In this document: positions 1-9,300 of the stretch, one piece after another
How the letters are laid out: each line of letters begins with the position of its first letter
Numbering within the stretch: position 1 is the stretch's first letter
NCBI GenBank assembly: GCA_964635195.1
Contig: CAZWNC010000001.1
Coordinates: forward strand, 1,312 to 65,311
Reading direction: 5' to 3'
Length of the DNA: 64,000 nt
Source of the DNA: an uncultured Candidatus Saccharibacteria bacterium
GTDB lineage: Bacteria > Patescibacteriota > Minisyncoccia > Phycocordibacterales > UBA12088
Made by a program: the position numbers and the translations under genes
The notes under the pieces: generated by a model
Told to the model about the DNA's origin: nothing
Database searches by the model: none
Seen by the model: the letters and a program-made list of their open reading frames with translations, nothing else

Positions 1-65
1 TCTGTCGTCATGCATCGCGTGGTACTCCTTTTGGTGTGGTAGTCTGCCAAGATTCTTTCACATTG

Positions 66-854
66 CTACCGTTTGTCAACATTCGCGATTCGTATAGCCT
101 CGAGGGTATAGCGACGGAGCGTGGTGACTTCTCTTTGTGAGATGACTTCACACGGGATGTCCCAGTGCATCGTGACGAGGTGACCGGGGGCGAGCATCTC
201 GATATCGTAGTCGGCCTCGAGACGACGAATAATCTTTTTTTCAATCGGAGCGCCGAGCATGAGCAGGTCGCCTGTGCGTATGAGTGGTTCGTAGGTGAGT
301 GTGATGTGTGGGCCGGAAACGGCGGTGACGGTGCCCCACGATACGCGACAAGAATCCATAAAGTTGACGTCGGTTTCGCCACTTATGCCACCCATCGCAT
401 GCGGAACATTGAGTACATGGTAGTTGTGGTTGGGGAGAAGGCCGGTACCGATACGCTTTTCAAGCAAGCGGTATGTTGCACGTGGGAACTTATCCTTCAT
501 GCGGAATGTGTCGGTAAGGTGACGATGTAGGGCAGCTTTTTCGATGTGTCCCAAGAGTTCATTGCCAAGCCAGTATGCTTCAACCACTCTCGGGTCGAAG
601 GGGTCTTCGATATGGTTTTCGCGCGCAATGTGTTGGAGGTAGGGGTACAATGCTTCAAATCCCTTGAGGAGCTTCTGAAGTCCAAAGTCGGTATAGCCAT
701 CGTTCACGTAGTCCCATATCTCGCGGTTCGCATCCGGACCGCAAAAATGCAGGCGGTTTGGTCCAAATGCGTAGCGGCTGCAGCGAAGTACCCCGTCCAT
801 ACTAGGTAGGGTAACGTGCGCGGGTGTGCGGAAGAATATTGACAAGTTTTCCAC
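66..854 (-). CDS. Conserved hypothetical protein (262 aa), no recognisable motif
   Basis: Long intact ORF from track. Divergent from the downstream + gene. No overlapping better ORF. Confidence 0.5.
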   Translation of the reverse strand: MENLSIFFRTPAHVTLPSMDGVLRCSRYAFGPNRLHFCGPDANREIWDYVNDGYTDFGLQKLLKGFEALYPYLQHIARENHIEDPFDPRVVEAYWLGNELLGHIEKAALHRHLTDTFRMKDKFPRATYRLLEKRIGTGLLPNHNYHVLNVPHAMGGISGETDVNFMDSCRVSWGTVTAVSGPHITLTYEPLIRTGDLLMLGAPIEKKIIRRLEADYDIEMLAPGHLVTMHWDIPCEVISQREVTTLRRYTLEAIRIANVDKR

Positions 855-895
855 ACATGGTATTACTCATGTCGGGTTTCCACTGTTGACATGAG

Positions 896-1216
896 GTGAG
901 TATGACCACAACCGCAATCAATGAAGAAATTTTGGATACGCAGTATCTGCTCGAGGAAAAAGACGGTAGCATGGTACGCATCACTCTCGATGTAGATGGT
1001 ACAGAAAAGACCATCTCTCTGGGGCAGCGCATTGCTGCAGGGCGCACTGTCATGGGTATTGTGAAAATAAGCGAAGAGGGTGTGGTCACTCGACTGCATG
1101 ATCCTCGCAAGACGCAGTTTCCCGTACGTGTCGTGTGGGGTCTGACAGAACAGGAAGGAGAGCGAAACATGACGCACCGCGAAGGTGATATGATGTTTGG
1201 CGAGCTCATGTTCTAA
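896..1216 (+). CDS. Small hypothetical protein (about 104 aa; likely true start ATG 902 after GAGGTGAG SD)
   Basis: ORF track. SD-like gaggtgagt immediately upstream. Followed by an intrinsic terminator. Confidence 0.4.
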   Translation: MSMTTTAINEEILDTQYLLEEKDGSMVRITLDVDGTEKTISLGQRIAAGRTVMGIVKISEEGVVTRLHDPRKTQFPVRVVWGLTEQEGERNMTHREGDMMFGELMF

Positions 1217-1230
1217 ACAGGTGTACATAA

Positions 1231-1256
1231 AAAAAGCCGCGTTCGCGCGGCTTTTG
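1231..1256 (+). terminator. Rho-independent terminator (GCCGCG-ttcg-CGCGGC + TTTT)
   Basis: Perfect GC hairpin followed by T-run right after the stop of 896..1216. Confidence 0.7.
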
Positions 1257-1288
1257 CATACCTTGGCACAAACGCTATACTTAACTCC

Positions 1289-2653
1289 ATGCAGACCGAT
1301 GATACATCAGTTCGATGTCAACCTAAATCTCTGAAGCCTCAGCGCGGCCTTTCTCGCAGTCTTGTTGCGAGCATCTCGGAGCGTAAGGGTGAGCCGGAGT
1401 GGATGCTCGAAAAACGTTTGCAGGCCTTCGACCGCATGCAGGCGATGTCCTTGCCTGCGTGGGGCCCGTCACTTGCCGGGCTCGATCTGGAGAGTCTTGT
1501 GTACTATCTCGATCCTGAAGTTGCCGAGACGACCGTGTGGGATGAGTTGCCGACTGAAATCATCGAAACGTTTGATAAGCTTGGTATACCCAAGGCTGAG
1601 CAGGAGTACCTCGGTGGTGTGGGTGCACAGTATGACAGTGGTATGGTGTACCATAAGCTCAAAGAGGGTTTGGCCACACAGGGAGTTATTTTTGAAAATA
1701 TGGATGTGGCGGTACGCAAGTATCCGGAACTCGTGCAAACGTATTTCATGACCCGCTGCGTGCCTGTCGATGATCACTACTTTGCAGCTATGCATGCTGC
1801 AAGTTGGAGCGGTGGGACGTTCATCTACGTGCCCAAGGGCGTCAAAGTGGAGCAACCCCTGCAGGCATACTTTCGTATGAACCGCATGGCGAGCGGACAG
1901 TTTGAGCACACGCTCATCATTGCCGACGAAGGTGCGGAAGTTACGTATATTGAAGGATGCAGTGCGCCGCGGTACAACGCCAGCTCACTCCATGCGGGCT
2001 GCGTTGAGCTTTTTGTGGGAGAGGGCGCACACATGAAATACATCAGTGTTGAAAATTGGTCGCATAACACGTACAACCTGAATACTAAACGAGCAATCGT
2101 GAGCGCGCGCGGCACCATCAACTGGGTGAGTGGTAATATGGGTAGTGGCGTGACGATGCTCTATCCAAGCTCGATCCTCGTGGGGGAGGGTGCACGGAGT
2201 GACAACCTCGGACTTGTGTTTGCCGGCAAGGGGCAGGTGCAGGACACGGGGGCTAAATCAATACACCTTGCGCCACACACTGTGAGTACGATTCGGAGTA
2301 AGTCCATTTCGAAAGATGGCGGCGTGGCCAATTATCGTGGATTGATTAAAGTGTCGCGTGCGGCAAAGGGTGCAAGTGCATCTTTGGTGTGCGAGTCGCT
2401 CTTGCTCGATAGTGACAGTGAGGCGAACACTTACCCGCAGGTCATGAACGCGCAGGACGATGTGACTATCAGCCATGAAGCAACCATCGGCAAGATAGGT
2501 GAAGAGGAGCTTTTTTACCTGCAAACACGAGGCCTTACCAGAGATGAAGGGGTGCGTATGGTGATTGGTGGCTTCGTAGAGCCAATCACAAGAGCTTTGC
2601 CCCTTGAGTATGCGGTGGAGTTCAACAAGCTGGTCGAGCTTGAAATGACCTAG
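1289..2653 (+). CDS. sufB: Fe-S cluster assembly protein SufB (SufB/SufD family)
   Basis: 454-aa ORF with SufB-like C-terminal region. Located directly upstream of sufS/sufU/sufC. Confidence 0.8.
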   Translation: MQTDDTSVRCQPKSLKPQRGLSRSLVASISERKGEPEWMLEKRLQAFDRMQAMSLPAWGPSLAGLDLESLVYYLDPEVAETTVWDELPTEIIETFDKLGIPKAEQEYLGGVGAQYDSGMVYHKLKEGLATQGVIFENMDVAVRKYPELVQTYFMTRCVPVDDHYFAAMHAASWSGGTFIYVPKGVKVEQPLQAYFRMNRMASGQFEHTLIIADEGAEVTYIEGCSAPRYNASSLHAGCVELFVGEGAHMKYISVENWSHNTYNLNTKRAIVSARGTINWVSGNMGSGVTMLYPSSILVGEGARSDNLGLVFAGKGQVQDTGAKSIHLAPHTVSTIRSKSISKDGGVANYRGLIKVSRAAKGASASLVCESLLLDSDSEANTYPQVMNAQDDVTISHEATIGKIGEEELFYLQTRGLTRDEGVRMVIGGFVEPITRALPLEYAVEFNKLVELEMT

Positions 2654-2681
2654 TCGAAACGAGTGATTCTACAGACTACTT

Positions 2682-3902
2682 ATGAGAACGAACATAAAAA
2701 AATTGCGTGACGACTTCCCGATATTTCATACGAAGCCGGACTGGGCGTACCTTGACACTGCGGCAACCGCGCAGGTGCCGCAAGTGGTCATTGATGCGGT
2801 GGCGGAGTTTCAGTGTGCATACCGTTCATCGATACATCGCGGCTTGTACCGCGAGGCGTTACGTGCGACCGAGGTGTATGAACAAGCGCGTGGCACTGTG
2901 GCGAGCTTTCTCAATGCTGAAAGTGCTGAAGAGGTGGTGTTCACATACGGCGCAACATCTTCCTCGAACATGCTCATTGCCATGCTTGAGCATAGTGGGC
3001 TTTTTACAGAAGGGGACGAACTGGTGACAACGGTCACTGAGCATCATTCGTCACTTGTGCCGCAAAGTATGCTGGCGCAACGTCTCGGACTTACCATGTC
3101 GTGTATACCCATGAAGCATTCTCTCCTCCTCGATTATGAATACGCGCGATCCGTTATCACACAAAGGACTAAACTGGTCTCAGTCATGCTCGCGAGCAAC
3201 GTGACCGGTACTATTCACAACGTTCGTCGCATCGCTCGTATGGCACATGCGGTGGGTGCGCTTGTCGCGTGTGATGCGACTGCGGCAGCCGGACACTTGT
3301 CCATTGATGTGCGTGCGCTCGAAGTGGACTTTCTGTACTTTTCAGGACATAAAATGGGTAGCCCGATGGGAATCGGTGCACTGTATGGTAAGCGTGAACT
3401 GTTGCGCGACCTTGAGCCGGGTTGGTATGGGGGCGGTATGGTGGAAGAGGTGGCCTGTACCGGCGCTCGGTGGACGGATGGGCCACAGCGTTTTGAGGCG
3501 GGTACGCCCAATATAGCGGGTGCGATAGGCCTTGCGACCGCCGTGCGATATCTTGCCGAACACAACATGGTTGCCATACGTCAGTACATCGAAGCGTTGC
3601 TTGCGCGCGCGGTAGAAGAGCTCCGAGGGATTGACGGGGTGCAGTTGTTTACGGCGGCACCACATCTGAACGTTGGGATTGTGTCTTTTGTGGTGGAGGG
3701 TGTGCATGCGCACGATCTTGCCGAGATTGCCGCTCGTGAAGGGGTTGCCCTACGGGCTGGGCATCATTGCGCAATGCCGCTCCATGAAGCCTTGGGGGTG
3801 TCGGCGACGGTTCGCGCAAGCTTCTTTCTGTACAACACGAAGCACGACGTCGATGCGCTGGTGGCCGCGGTGAAAAAAGCGAAGCGTATCTTTGAAGCAT
3901 GA
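2682..3902 (+). CDS. sufS: Cysteine desulfurase SufS (class V aminotransferase)
   Basis: 406 aa. N-terminus ...DFPIF...AYLDTAATAQVPQ..., SGHKMGSPMGIGALYGKRELL PLP-lysine region, C-terminal HHCAMPL motif. suf context. Confidence 0.85.
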   Translation: MRTNIKKLRDDFPIFHTKPDWAYLDTAATAQVPQVVIDAVAEFQCAYRSSIHRGLYREALRATEVYEQARGTVASFLNAESAEEVVFTYGATSSSNMLIAMLEHSGLFTEGDELVTTVTEHHSSLVPQSMLAQRLGLTMSCIPMKHSLLLDYEYARSVITQRTKLVSVMLASNVTGTIHNVRRIARMAHAVGALVACDATAAAGHLSIDVRALEVDFLYFSGHKMGSPMGIGALYGKRELLRDLEPGWYGGGMVEEVACTGARWTDGPQRFEAGTPNIAGAIGLATAVRYLAEHNMVAIRQYIEALLARAVEELRGIDGVQLFTAAPHLNVGIVSFVVEGVHAHDLAEIAAREGVALRAGHHCAMPLHEALGVSATVRASFFLYNTKHDVDALVAAVKKAKRIFEA

Positions 3903-3908
3903 ACACTT

Positions 3909-4313
3909 GTGAGTATGCATGATGCACTGTACCAAGCCCGCATACTTGACCATGCCAAGAATCCGCGGAACAAACGAAAGCTTTTACACGCAGACGCGAC
4001 AATCAAGGGCTCCAATCCTTCATGTGGTGATACACTCGTGCTGTACCTCCGTTTCAATGGTGATACGATAGCGGAAGCGGCTTTTGAGGGCGATGGGTGT
4101 GCCATTTCCCAAGCCACTGCGTCCTTGCTCACCGAAAAGCTCGTCGGCCTGTCAAAAAAACAAGCACAGTCGCTCGGAGAGCCTGACATCTACGCACTGC
4201 TTGGCGTCGAGGTGTCGATCGGACGGCAAAAGTGTGCACTCCTTGCATGGCGAGCGTTGCAAGATGTTTTGAAAAAAAACGCAATAGTCGGTACTGCTAT
4301 GTACTACCAGTAG
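3909..4313 (+). CDS. sufU: SufU/IscU-like Fe-S scaffold (true start probably ATG 3915)
   Basis: About 130 aa with three conserved Cys (SNPSCGD, DGCAISQA, RQKCALLAW), typical of the SufU/NifU-like N-domain. Directly downstream of sufS. Confidence 0.7.
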   Translation: MSMHDALYQARILDHAKNPRNKRKLLHADATIKGSNPSCGDTLVLYLRFNGDTIAEAAFEGDGCAISQATASLLTEKLVGLSKKQAQSLGEPDIYALLGVEVSIGRQKCALLAWRALQDVLKKNAIVGTAMYYQ

Positions 4314-4612
4314 TTATGTAACTACTACTAGTATTTTTTTCACAATACATCGTACCTATTCTCGCCGTAGGTCTTGTTTCGCGCTATAGTGTAGCCATTC
4401 CACACCATCTGTGATTATTGAGACTTATATTGGGAACTTGCTGACCGAGCTAAAAAAGAGAATAAAATCAGGGTGCAATTCGGCAGGACTTCAAATGTTG
4501 TGTAGGAGTTGGTTAATAAAAACTTGCTTGATCGTTTTTATAATAAGGGCTAGAAATAGAGATACAATCAGTTTTTGTTATTTCAAGTTGTCCCAAACGT
4601 AACTATTTATTC

Positions 4613-5389
4613 ATGTCCGAACTTACGATCAATCACCTTTTCGTCACTGCGGGGGAAAAACAGGTTGTGTTCGACGTGTCGCTTTCGCTCCTGGCTGGCG
4701 AAGTGGCGATACTTATGGGTCCGAACGGTTCGGGTAAAAGCACGCTCGTGAATGCGCTCATGGGCCACCCGCACTATACCGTGACGCAAGGGGAGGTGCT
4801 CCTGGACGGTGAGAGCATACTCACTCTTGCGCCCCACGAGAGGGCTCGAAAAGGCATGTTTCTTTCATTGCAGCATACTCCCAAGGTGGGTGGTGTGACG
4901 CTCGCGACTTTTTTACACGCGGTGCATACCGCACGTACTGGTGAGCAGGTCGATGTACTCGAGTATTACCTGCGTATGCGAGACCTTGCGGATGAATACG
5001 GTATTCGCAAGGACCTTCTGGATCGCCCCCTTACCGAAGGGCTCTCCGGCGGTGAACGAAAACTTTCTGAGACGCTCCAGCTCATTGCGTTCAAGCCGCA
5101 GGTCGCGTGCCTTGACGAGATAGATTCAGGTGTGGACGTGGATGCGTTACGTGTGGTGTGCGGTGCAGTGTCACGTCTTGCGCACGAGGGCACCGCGTTT
5201 TTGCTCATCAGTCACCACCCTTCGTTACTCGAACACCTCTCCCCGCAGCGGGTGCACCTCATGGCGAATGGACGCTTGGTGCGCAGTGCGGGCAGGGAAC
5301 TTGCCGACTTGGTGCATCGTGAAGGTTTTTGCCAGGCAATTGCATGTCCGATGGTGGAAGGCTGCGAGGCGGCAGGCAGGGCTGACTAG
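4613..5389 (+). CDS. sufC: Fe-S cluster assembly ATPase SufC
   Basis: Walker A GPNGSGKST, ABC signature LSGGERK, Walker B CLDEIDSGVD, H-loop. SufC-like N-terminus. Confidence 0.85.
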   Translation: MSELTINHLFVTAGEKQVVFDVSLSLLAGEVAILMGPNGSGKSTLVNALMGHPHYTVTQGEVLLDGESILTLAPHERARKGMFLSLQHTPKVGGVTLATFLHAVHTARTGEQVDVLEYYLRMRDLADEYGIRKDLLDRPLTEGLSGGERKLSETLQLIAFKPQVACLDEIDSGVDVDALRVVCGAVSRLAHEGTAFLLISHHPSLLEHLSPQRVHLMANGRLVRSAGRELADLVHREGFCQAIACPMVEGCEAAGRAD

Positions 5390-5404
5390 TGACTTTGAGT
5401 CGTC

Positions 5405-5430
5405 TTGACTATTCCTTCGCTTGCTATACT
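5405..5430 (+). promoter_or_regulatory. Putative sigma70-type promoter (TTGACT ... extended -10 TGcTATACT) upstream of tuf leader
   Basis: TTGACT at 5405-5410 and TGCTATACT at 5422-5430. The spacer is only 14 nt, so weak support. About 340-nt leader before tuf. Confidence 0.3.
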
Positions 5431-5769
5431 ATAAGCTGTACCGCATCTGGGCGTATTTTTTTCTGTGTAGGATATGCGGAGCACCTTTTTAGTGACTCCC
5501 AATAACTGACCCCGAAAAGAGCTACGAGCAGGTGAGGGCTTTATCAAAAGCGCACCTTTCGGGGTTGAGGCCATGTTCTCGCGCCTTCATCTCCGCAAGG
5601 TCGCATGCGAAAAGTACGGAGTTTCGGAGCACGTTTTGCCTGCAGAGCACTGTCAGGGATGCGTGTCACACAAGGTTTTGAGTGAGCGGGTTCGACACGT
5701 TCACTTGAAAGTTTGCAAGGCGTCTTGCGACGCACCGGCTCGTACCTTTCGATAATCAAGGAACATACT

Positions 5770-6978
5770 ATGGCAACAGAAGTATTCAATCGGTCCAAGC
5801 CACACGTCAACGTGGGTACGATCGGTCACGTTGACCACGGCAAGACCACCACAACCGCGGCCATCCTGCATGTTCTCGGCAATCTTGCCAAGGACAAGGG
5901 TTACAACGCTCGCGTTGAAGCCGTGGACGGTATTGACAATGCACCGGAAGAGAAGGCACGAGGTATCACCATCGCCCTTCACCACAGTGAGTACGAGAGT
6001 CCTATTCGTCACTATGCGCACGTGGACGCACCGGGTCACGCCGACTATATCAAGAACATGATCACCGGTGCCGCTCAGATGGACGGCGCGGTACTTGTCG
6101 TTGCGGCAACCGACGGCGCGATGCCACAGACTCGCGAGCACGTCCTTTTGGCTCGCCAGGTCGGTGTACCCCGTATCGTGGTCTTTATGAACAAGTGTGA
6201 CATGGTCGATGACCCTGACATGCTTGACCTTGTTGAGGAAGAGCTTCGCGAACTTCTTGACGCAAACGGTTTTGATGGCAAGAACGCACCGGTTATTCGT
6301 GGCTCCGGCTTGAAGGCGCTCAGCGCCACATCGGCGGACGACGAGTACGCAAAGAAAATCATTGAGCTCATTGACACGCTCGACACCTACATTGAACAGC
6401 CTGTACGTGAGACCGAAAAGCCATTCTTGATGCCGATCGAAGATATCTTCTCGATTGAAGGTCGCGGCACCGTGGTAACGGGTCGTATCGAACGCGGTAT
6501 CGTCAAGGTTGGTGAAGAGGTCGAGATCGTTGGTATCAAGCCGACCACCAAGACAACCGTTACCGGTATCGAAATGTTCAACAAGCAGCTTGACCAGGGT
6601 ATGGCCGGCGATAACGCAGGTATTCTCTTGCGCGGTACCAAGAAAGACGACGTACATCGTGGTCAGGTGCTCGCAAAGACCGGTTCTGTGACCCCGCACA
6701 CCGACTTCGAATCCGAGGTGTACATCCTCAAGAAGGAGGAAGGAGGCCGCCACACGCCGTTCTTTACCGGTTACAAGCCACAGTTCTATATCCGCACCAC
6801 TGACGTGACAGGCGAAGTGACGCTTGCTGAAGGTGTGGAAATGGTCATGCCGGGTGACACAGTGACATTCAAAGTCAAACTGGTTGCTCCGGTTGCACTT
6901 GAGGAACAGCAGCGCTTTGCTATCCGCGAGGGTGGCCGTACGGTTGGCGCCGGTGTCGTTACTAAGATCAACGCGTAA
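5770..6978 (+). CDS. tuf: Elongation factor Tu
   Basis: [27 protein letters not shown]..., [12 protein letters not shown] motifs. The track ORF begins at 5713 but the canonical EF-Tu N-terminus starts at ATG 5770. Confidence 0.95.
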   Translation: MATEVFNRSKPHVNVGTIGHVDHGKTTTTAAILHVLGNLAKDKGYNARVEAVDGIDNAPEEKARGITIALHHSEYESPIRHYAHVDAPGHADYIKNMITGAAQMDGAVLVVAATDGAMPQTREHVLLARQVGVPRIVVFMNKCDMVDDPDMLDLVEEELRELLDANGFDGKNAPVIRGSGLKALSATSADDEYAKKIIELIDTLDTYIEQPVRETEKPFLMPIEDIFSIEGRGTVVTGRIERGIVKVGEEVEIVGIKPTTKTTVTGIEMFNKQLDQGMAGDNAGILLRGTKKDDVHRGQVLAKTGSVTPHTDFESEVYILKKEEGGRHTPFFTGYKPQFYIRTTDVTGEVTLAEGVEMVMPGDTVTFKVKLVAPVALEEQQRFAIREGGRTVGAGVVTKINA

Positions 6979-7001
6979 GCGATCCACTAATCACGACTCC
7001 T

Positions 7002-7361
7002 ATGGCAACAACCACCGCAGCACGACAAAAGACGAAGACCGCACCCGCGATCGAAGGTGGAAAACTCCGCATTCGTATTCGCGCGTACGAGCACAAGATT
7101 CTTGATGCGAGCATCAAGCAAATCATGGATACCGCGCTTCGCTATGATGCGAAGGTGGTGGGTCCGGTGCCGTTGCCCACGGAGATCAAGAAATATACGG
7201 TCAACCGCGCGGCATTCGTGCACAAGGACGCGCGAGAACAGTTCGAAATGCGGGTCCATAAACGGCTGATCGACATTCTCAACCCGAGCGGGAAGGTGAT
7301 CGAGGCTCTTACGAACCTCTCTCTTCCAAGTGGAGTGAACATTGACGTGAAGATGGGTTGA
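7002..7361 (+). CDS. rpsJ: 30S ribosomal protein S10
   Basis: LRIRIRAYEHKILDASIKQI...HKDAREQFEMRVHKRLIDI matches S10 over its full length. Confidence 0.9.
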   Translation: MATTTAARQKTKTAPAIEGGKLRIRIRAYEHKILDASIKQIMDTALRYDAKVVGPVPLPTEIKKYTVNRAAFVHKDAREQFEMRVHKRLIDILNPSGKVIEALTNLSLPSGVNIDVKMG

Positions 7362-7370
7362 TATTCACCT

Positions 7371-7418
7371 CCCATACACCAAAACGCCCTCATACCCGAG
7401 GGCGTTTTGGTGTATGGG
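7371..7418. repeat. Perfect 21-bp-stem inverted repeat (possible terminator/attenuator) after rpsJ
   Basis: cccatacaccaaaacgccctc / gagggcgttttggtgtatggg with 6-nt loop. No flanking T-run on either strand. Confidence 0.5.
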
Positions 7419-7794
7419 AGAGACCGCAAAAATAAAGCATACCTGGTTACTGTCTACCGTCGGTCGCTTGACGAAACTGGTGTCAACAATGAAATCATAA
7501 CAACCAACCTATCATTGCATACTAAAAAAGACCCTCAGTTCCTTTTTCTATCTTTCTAGCAACATTTCGGCAGTACCGGCACTTTGGATTTAGACTAGTT
7601 TTTCTAGCGAGCTTGTAATTTGGAAACAAAAGTGCCCTCGTGATAAAAATGGAGTGCTTTTGTCTTGGGGTGTCCATATGCGTCTTGCATATAATATACT
7701 GATATGCTGTGAAGTGCGGGTACCGTTTTGGTACCATGCCGTTTAAGGGAATGAGTAGCGTACGGTGTCATATTAGGTGAGTTGATGCGAAGAT

Positions 7795-7822
7795 TTGCAT
7801 ATTCATCCAAATGTGCTATAAT
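7795..7822 (+). promoter_or_regulatory. Strong sigma70-like promoter (TTGCAT-16nt-TGcTATAAT)
   Basis: -35 TTGCAT 7795-7800, extended -10 TGCTATAAT 7814-7822, 16-nt spacer. Located in a 600-bp non-coding AT-rich region. Confidence 0.5.
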
Positions 7823-7828
7823 ACAGAG

Positions 7829-7921
7829 GTGAGTGCTAGAGTGCAAAACTCTGCATAACGAAGAACTGCGTAAATCCCCCCTTGTGGGGGCTTTACGTAT
7901 TCACCTTACGCATACTTTTTG
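7829..7921 (+). ncRNA. Candidate small RNA (about 90 nt) with two hairpins and terminal T-run
   Basis: Downstream of the promoter above. Hairpins agagtgcaaaactct and cgtaaa-tcccccc-ttgt-gggggg-c-tttacg. TTTTT at 7916-7920. No ORF. Confidence 0.3.
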
Positions 7922-8043
7922 CCACCAGTGCTTACTGTGATATACTTTACTTGCTTGCTCCTCGAGTGGAGCGCCGCGGCACTCACAAATTAGTTTTTCG
8001 TGGAGCTCGCACCGGCGTTCCATTCGAGGTACAAACGTGACTC

Positions 8044-9108
8044 ATGCGCTTACTCGAAAACGTTTCCCTCGCGGAACTCACAACGCTACGCCTTGGAGGT
8101 GTGGCGCGTTTTTATGTGTCTGTGTACTCGATAGCCGATTTGCGAGAAGCGGTTCATTTTGCACAGCTGAAGCATTTGCCAGTGTGGATACTTGGAGGTG
8201 GCTCCAACACACTCTTTACCGAAGAGGGTTGGCCTGGCCTCGTCATTCGTATTGCGATCTTAGGCACGGAATACAAAGAGGATACAAAGGGTGATGCCCG
8301 GGTTGTGGCGGGTGCGGGCGAGCGGTGGGATACGCTCGTGCAAGATACTGTTTCGCAAGGATTCTGGGGATTGGAGAATCTATCATATGTGCCGGGAAGC
8401 GTGGGTGCGACACCCGTTCAAAATGTTGGATGCTACGGAGTATCGGTTAGTGACTGTATTGACTGGGTTGAGGTGTACGATTGTCGTGATGATGCGCTGC
8501 ACATATTATCTCCAAATTCTTGTGCGTTTGGGTATCGTGACAGTATTTTTAAACATCCGGAAGGTGCTTCCTACATAGTCACTCGCGTTGCATATCGCAT
8601 GAAAACTCGCAGAGCCCCTGTTCTCGAGTACAAAGAACTGGCTGAGCGTTTTGTGGCAAAACCTCCTGAGAGTCCTGCAGAAGTTCGCGACGCTCTTCGC
8701 GAGATACGTGGGAGAAAATTTCCAGATTTGACACGAGTCGGTACCGCCGGTTCATTTTTCAAGAACCCAATCGTACGCAAATCGTCTGTGAAGGATATCG
8801 AGCAGTGGCTTAAATGTTCGGTGCCACAGTATCCTGTTGATGATGAACGTGTCAAGATACCGCTCGCATGGTTACTTGAGGTCTTGGGTTGGAAGGGAAA
8901 GCGGGTCGGATCTGTCGGTACATGGGATGCACATGCATTGGTGTTGGTGCATTACGGCGGGGGAACTGCGTCAGATCTTTTGGCGTTCATTGAGAGTATT
9001 GCAGGTGATGTAAAACGTCGCACGACGATTCGTATCGAGCCGGAAGTGTGTATAGCACGCGTTTCTGAAGTGCAGAGCCGCCTTGAATCGACGTCGAATC
9101 ATGCGTAA
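8044..9108 (+). CDS. murB: UDP-N-acetylenolpyruvoylglucosamine reductase MurB
   Basis: FAD-binding N-domain (LRLGG..., LGGGSNTLF). 354 aa, typical MurB length. Confidence 0.85.
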   Translation: MRLLENVSLAELTTLRLGGVARFYVSVYSIADLREAVHFAQLKHLPVWILGGGSNTLFTEEGWPGLVIRIAILGTEYKEDTKGDARVVAGAGERWDTLVQDTVSQGFWGLENLSYVPGSVGATPVQNVGCYGVSVSDCIDWVEVYDCRDDALHILSPNSCAFGYRDSIFKHPEGASYIVTRVAYRMKTRRAPVLEYKELAERFVAKPPESPAEVRDALREIRGRKFPDLTRVGTAGSFFKNPIVRKSSVKDIEQWLKCSVPQYPVDDERVKIPLAWLLEVLGWKGKRVGSVGTWDAHALVLVHYGGGTASDLLAFIESIAGDVKRRTTIRIEPEVCIARVSEVQSRLESTSNHA

Positions 9109-9271
9109 TGCTGAGTGATGTATCGACGTCGAAACGTAAGATGGATAAAAAAATAAAGTATCGACGTCGATACGACTTATCCACACTCGATATACCCTCC
9201 ACACATTGTATCGAGTGTATGTTTGCATGATAATGATAGTACGTTAACGACGAAATCTTGGTCGACGTCGT
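9088..9271. promoter_or_regulatory. Cluster of four copies of palindromic motif (A)TCGACGTCGA(T) spanning murB 3' end to histone-like gene start
   Basis: Perfect 10-mers at 9088-9097, 9123-9132 and 9161-9170. A 9/10 copy at 9262-9271. Spacings about 35-40 bp. Confidence 0.5.
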
Positions 9272-9300
9272 TCATTACTTCGCACATAACCACCACTTCC

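Noticed and set aside
5560-5700. tRNA-like GGTTCGA T-loop motif in the tuf leader
   Set aside because: Flanking bases cannot form T-stem or acceptor pairing. No cloverleaf is possible.
5713-5769. N-terminal extension of the EF-Tu ORF in the track ([19 protein letters not shown])
   Set aside because: The canonical EF-Tu N-terminus begins at ATG 5770. The extension has no homology-like character and arises from alternative start codon listing. Similar extensions were trimmed for secA, ddl, tgt, trxB, the GH1 gene and ftsE.
5701-6987. 428-aa minus-strand ORF antisense to tuf
   Set aside because: It overlaps the EF-Tu coding frame, whose identity is unambiguous, and has no start context.
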